Both the position numbers and the translations under genes were made by a program. 47,953 nucleotides of DNA from the NCBI GenBank assembly GCA_900088475.1, contig FLMG01001208.1, positions 1-47,953 on the forward strand. The letters run 5' to 3'. The DNA is from Hyphochytrium catenoides. Taxonomy: Eukaryota > Protista > Hyphochytriomycota. The notes under the pieces are model-generated. The model did no database searches. It was not told the DNA's origin and saw only the letters and a program-made list of their open reading frames with translations. Below, piece by piece: positions 47,050 to 47,953 of this stretch; positions within the stretch are counted from its first letter, which is position 1; each line of letters starts with the position of its first letter.

Positions 47050-47953
47050 CGGGGTAAGATAAGGCTGAACAGAACGGGACAGTAAGGGATAAAAGAGACA
47101 GGAAAACACGCAAAGCCGGTAGTAAGTGTCTATCATAAACGCTAGCCAGGGCAAGAGAAGGCCAGACAGAAAAGCGCAGTAAGGGCTAGTAGGATAAGCA
47201 GTCGAAGAGAAGCTTAGCCAGAACAGGGCGGCAAGAGCTAGGACGAGCAAGGCAAGCGAAGGCTGGACAGAACAGGGCGGCGCAAGGGCTAGGACGAGCA
47301 GGGCAAGAGAAGGCTAGACAAGAAAGGGCAGTAAGGGTTAGTGGAGACAGGGTAAGAGAAGGCTAGACCCATCCCTAAGCAGGGCAAGATAAGGCTAGAC
47401 AGGACAGGGCGGCGCGAGGGCTAGGACGAGCAGGGCAAGAGAAGGCTAGACAAGAAAGGGCAGTAAGGGTTAGTGGAGACAGGGTAAGAGAAGGCTAGAC
47501 CTATCCCTAAGCAGGGCAAGAGAAGGCTGACAGGACAGGGCGGCGAGGGCTAGGACGAGTAGGCCAAGAGAAGGCTAGACAAGAAAGGGCAGTAAGGGTT
47601 AGTGGAGACAGGGTAAGAGAAGGCTAAACCTATCCCTAAGCAGGGCAAGAGAAGGCTAGACAGGACAGGGCGGCGCGAGGGCTAGGACGAGCAGGGCAAG
47701 AGAAGGCTAGACAGAACAGGGTGGCGACGGCTAGGAAGAGCAAGGCAAGAGAAGGCTAGACCAAGAAAGGCAGTAAGGGTTAGTTGAGACAGGGCACGAG
47801 AAGGTTCAACAGAACAGGGCGGCGAGGGCTAGGACGAGCAGGGCAAGAGAAGGCTAGACAAGAAAGGGCAAGAGAGAATGAGACGACAGAACAGAGCGGC
47901 GAGGGCTAGGACGAGCAGGGCAAGAGAAGGCTAGACAAGAAAGGGCAAGAGAG
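47050..47953. repeat. Purine-rich minisatellite with higher-order repeat (~20-25-bp subunits; ~129-132-bp units starting at 47298, 47430, 47559, 47691), running off the window end
   Basis: Recurrent gcagggcaagagaaggctagac(a) / agggctaggacgag / gcagtaagggttagtggagac modules; more degenerate towards 47050. Confidence 0.93.

Noticed and set aside
46783-47050. Right terminal inverted repeat of the MULE
   Set aside because: No reverse-complement match to 38716-39070 and no TSD are visible in the window.
47050-47953. Terminal repeat array as a CRISPR array or a coding repeat (unit lengths are multiples of 3)
   Set aside because: There are no unique spacers and no cas genes, the context is eukaryotic, and the unit has stop codons in all six frames.

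Overview
Eukaryotic genomic DNA with GT-AG introns, abundant (GA)n/(TC)n microsatellites and two assembly gaps. The 14-3-3 sequence looks stramenopile-like, which is an inference from recalled family sequences and was not searched. From left to right the window holds: a degenerate ~200-bp tandem repeat; 14-3-3 (+); an 11-exon ThDP-dependent 2-hydroxyacyl-CoA lyase/oxalyl-CoA decarboxylase (+); a coiled-coil + RI-type LRR gene (-); a 3-exon ~1,708-aa NB-ARC(STAND)-TPR NLR-like gene (-) arranged head-to-head with a ~2,100-aa helical-SPRY-DUF4246 gene (+) whose DUF4246 domain appears to have lost its metal-binding histidines; an inverted/direct repeat cassette able to form long alternative hairpins; 60S acidic ribosomal protein P1 (+); an orphan intronless multi-pass membrane protein (-); a decayed Ty1/copia remnant (-); and an intron-rich (~19 exons) Mutator/MULE transposase gene that appears fused to two tandem Ulp1 (C48) protease domains, one degenerate and one intact. 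The MULE gene is preceded by an array of inverted CCACCAC motifs and followed by a higher-order minisatellite. All gene models were spliced by hand from splice-site and frame-phase consistency; no database searches were run.
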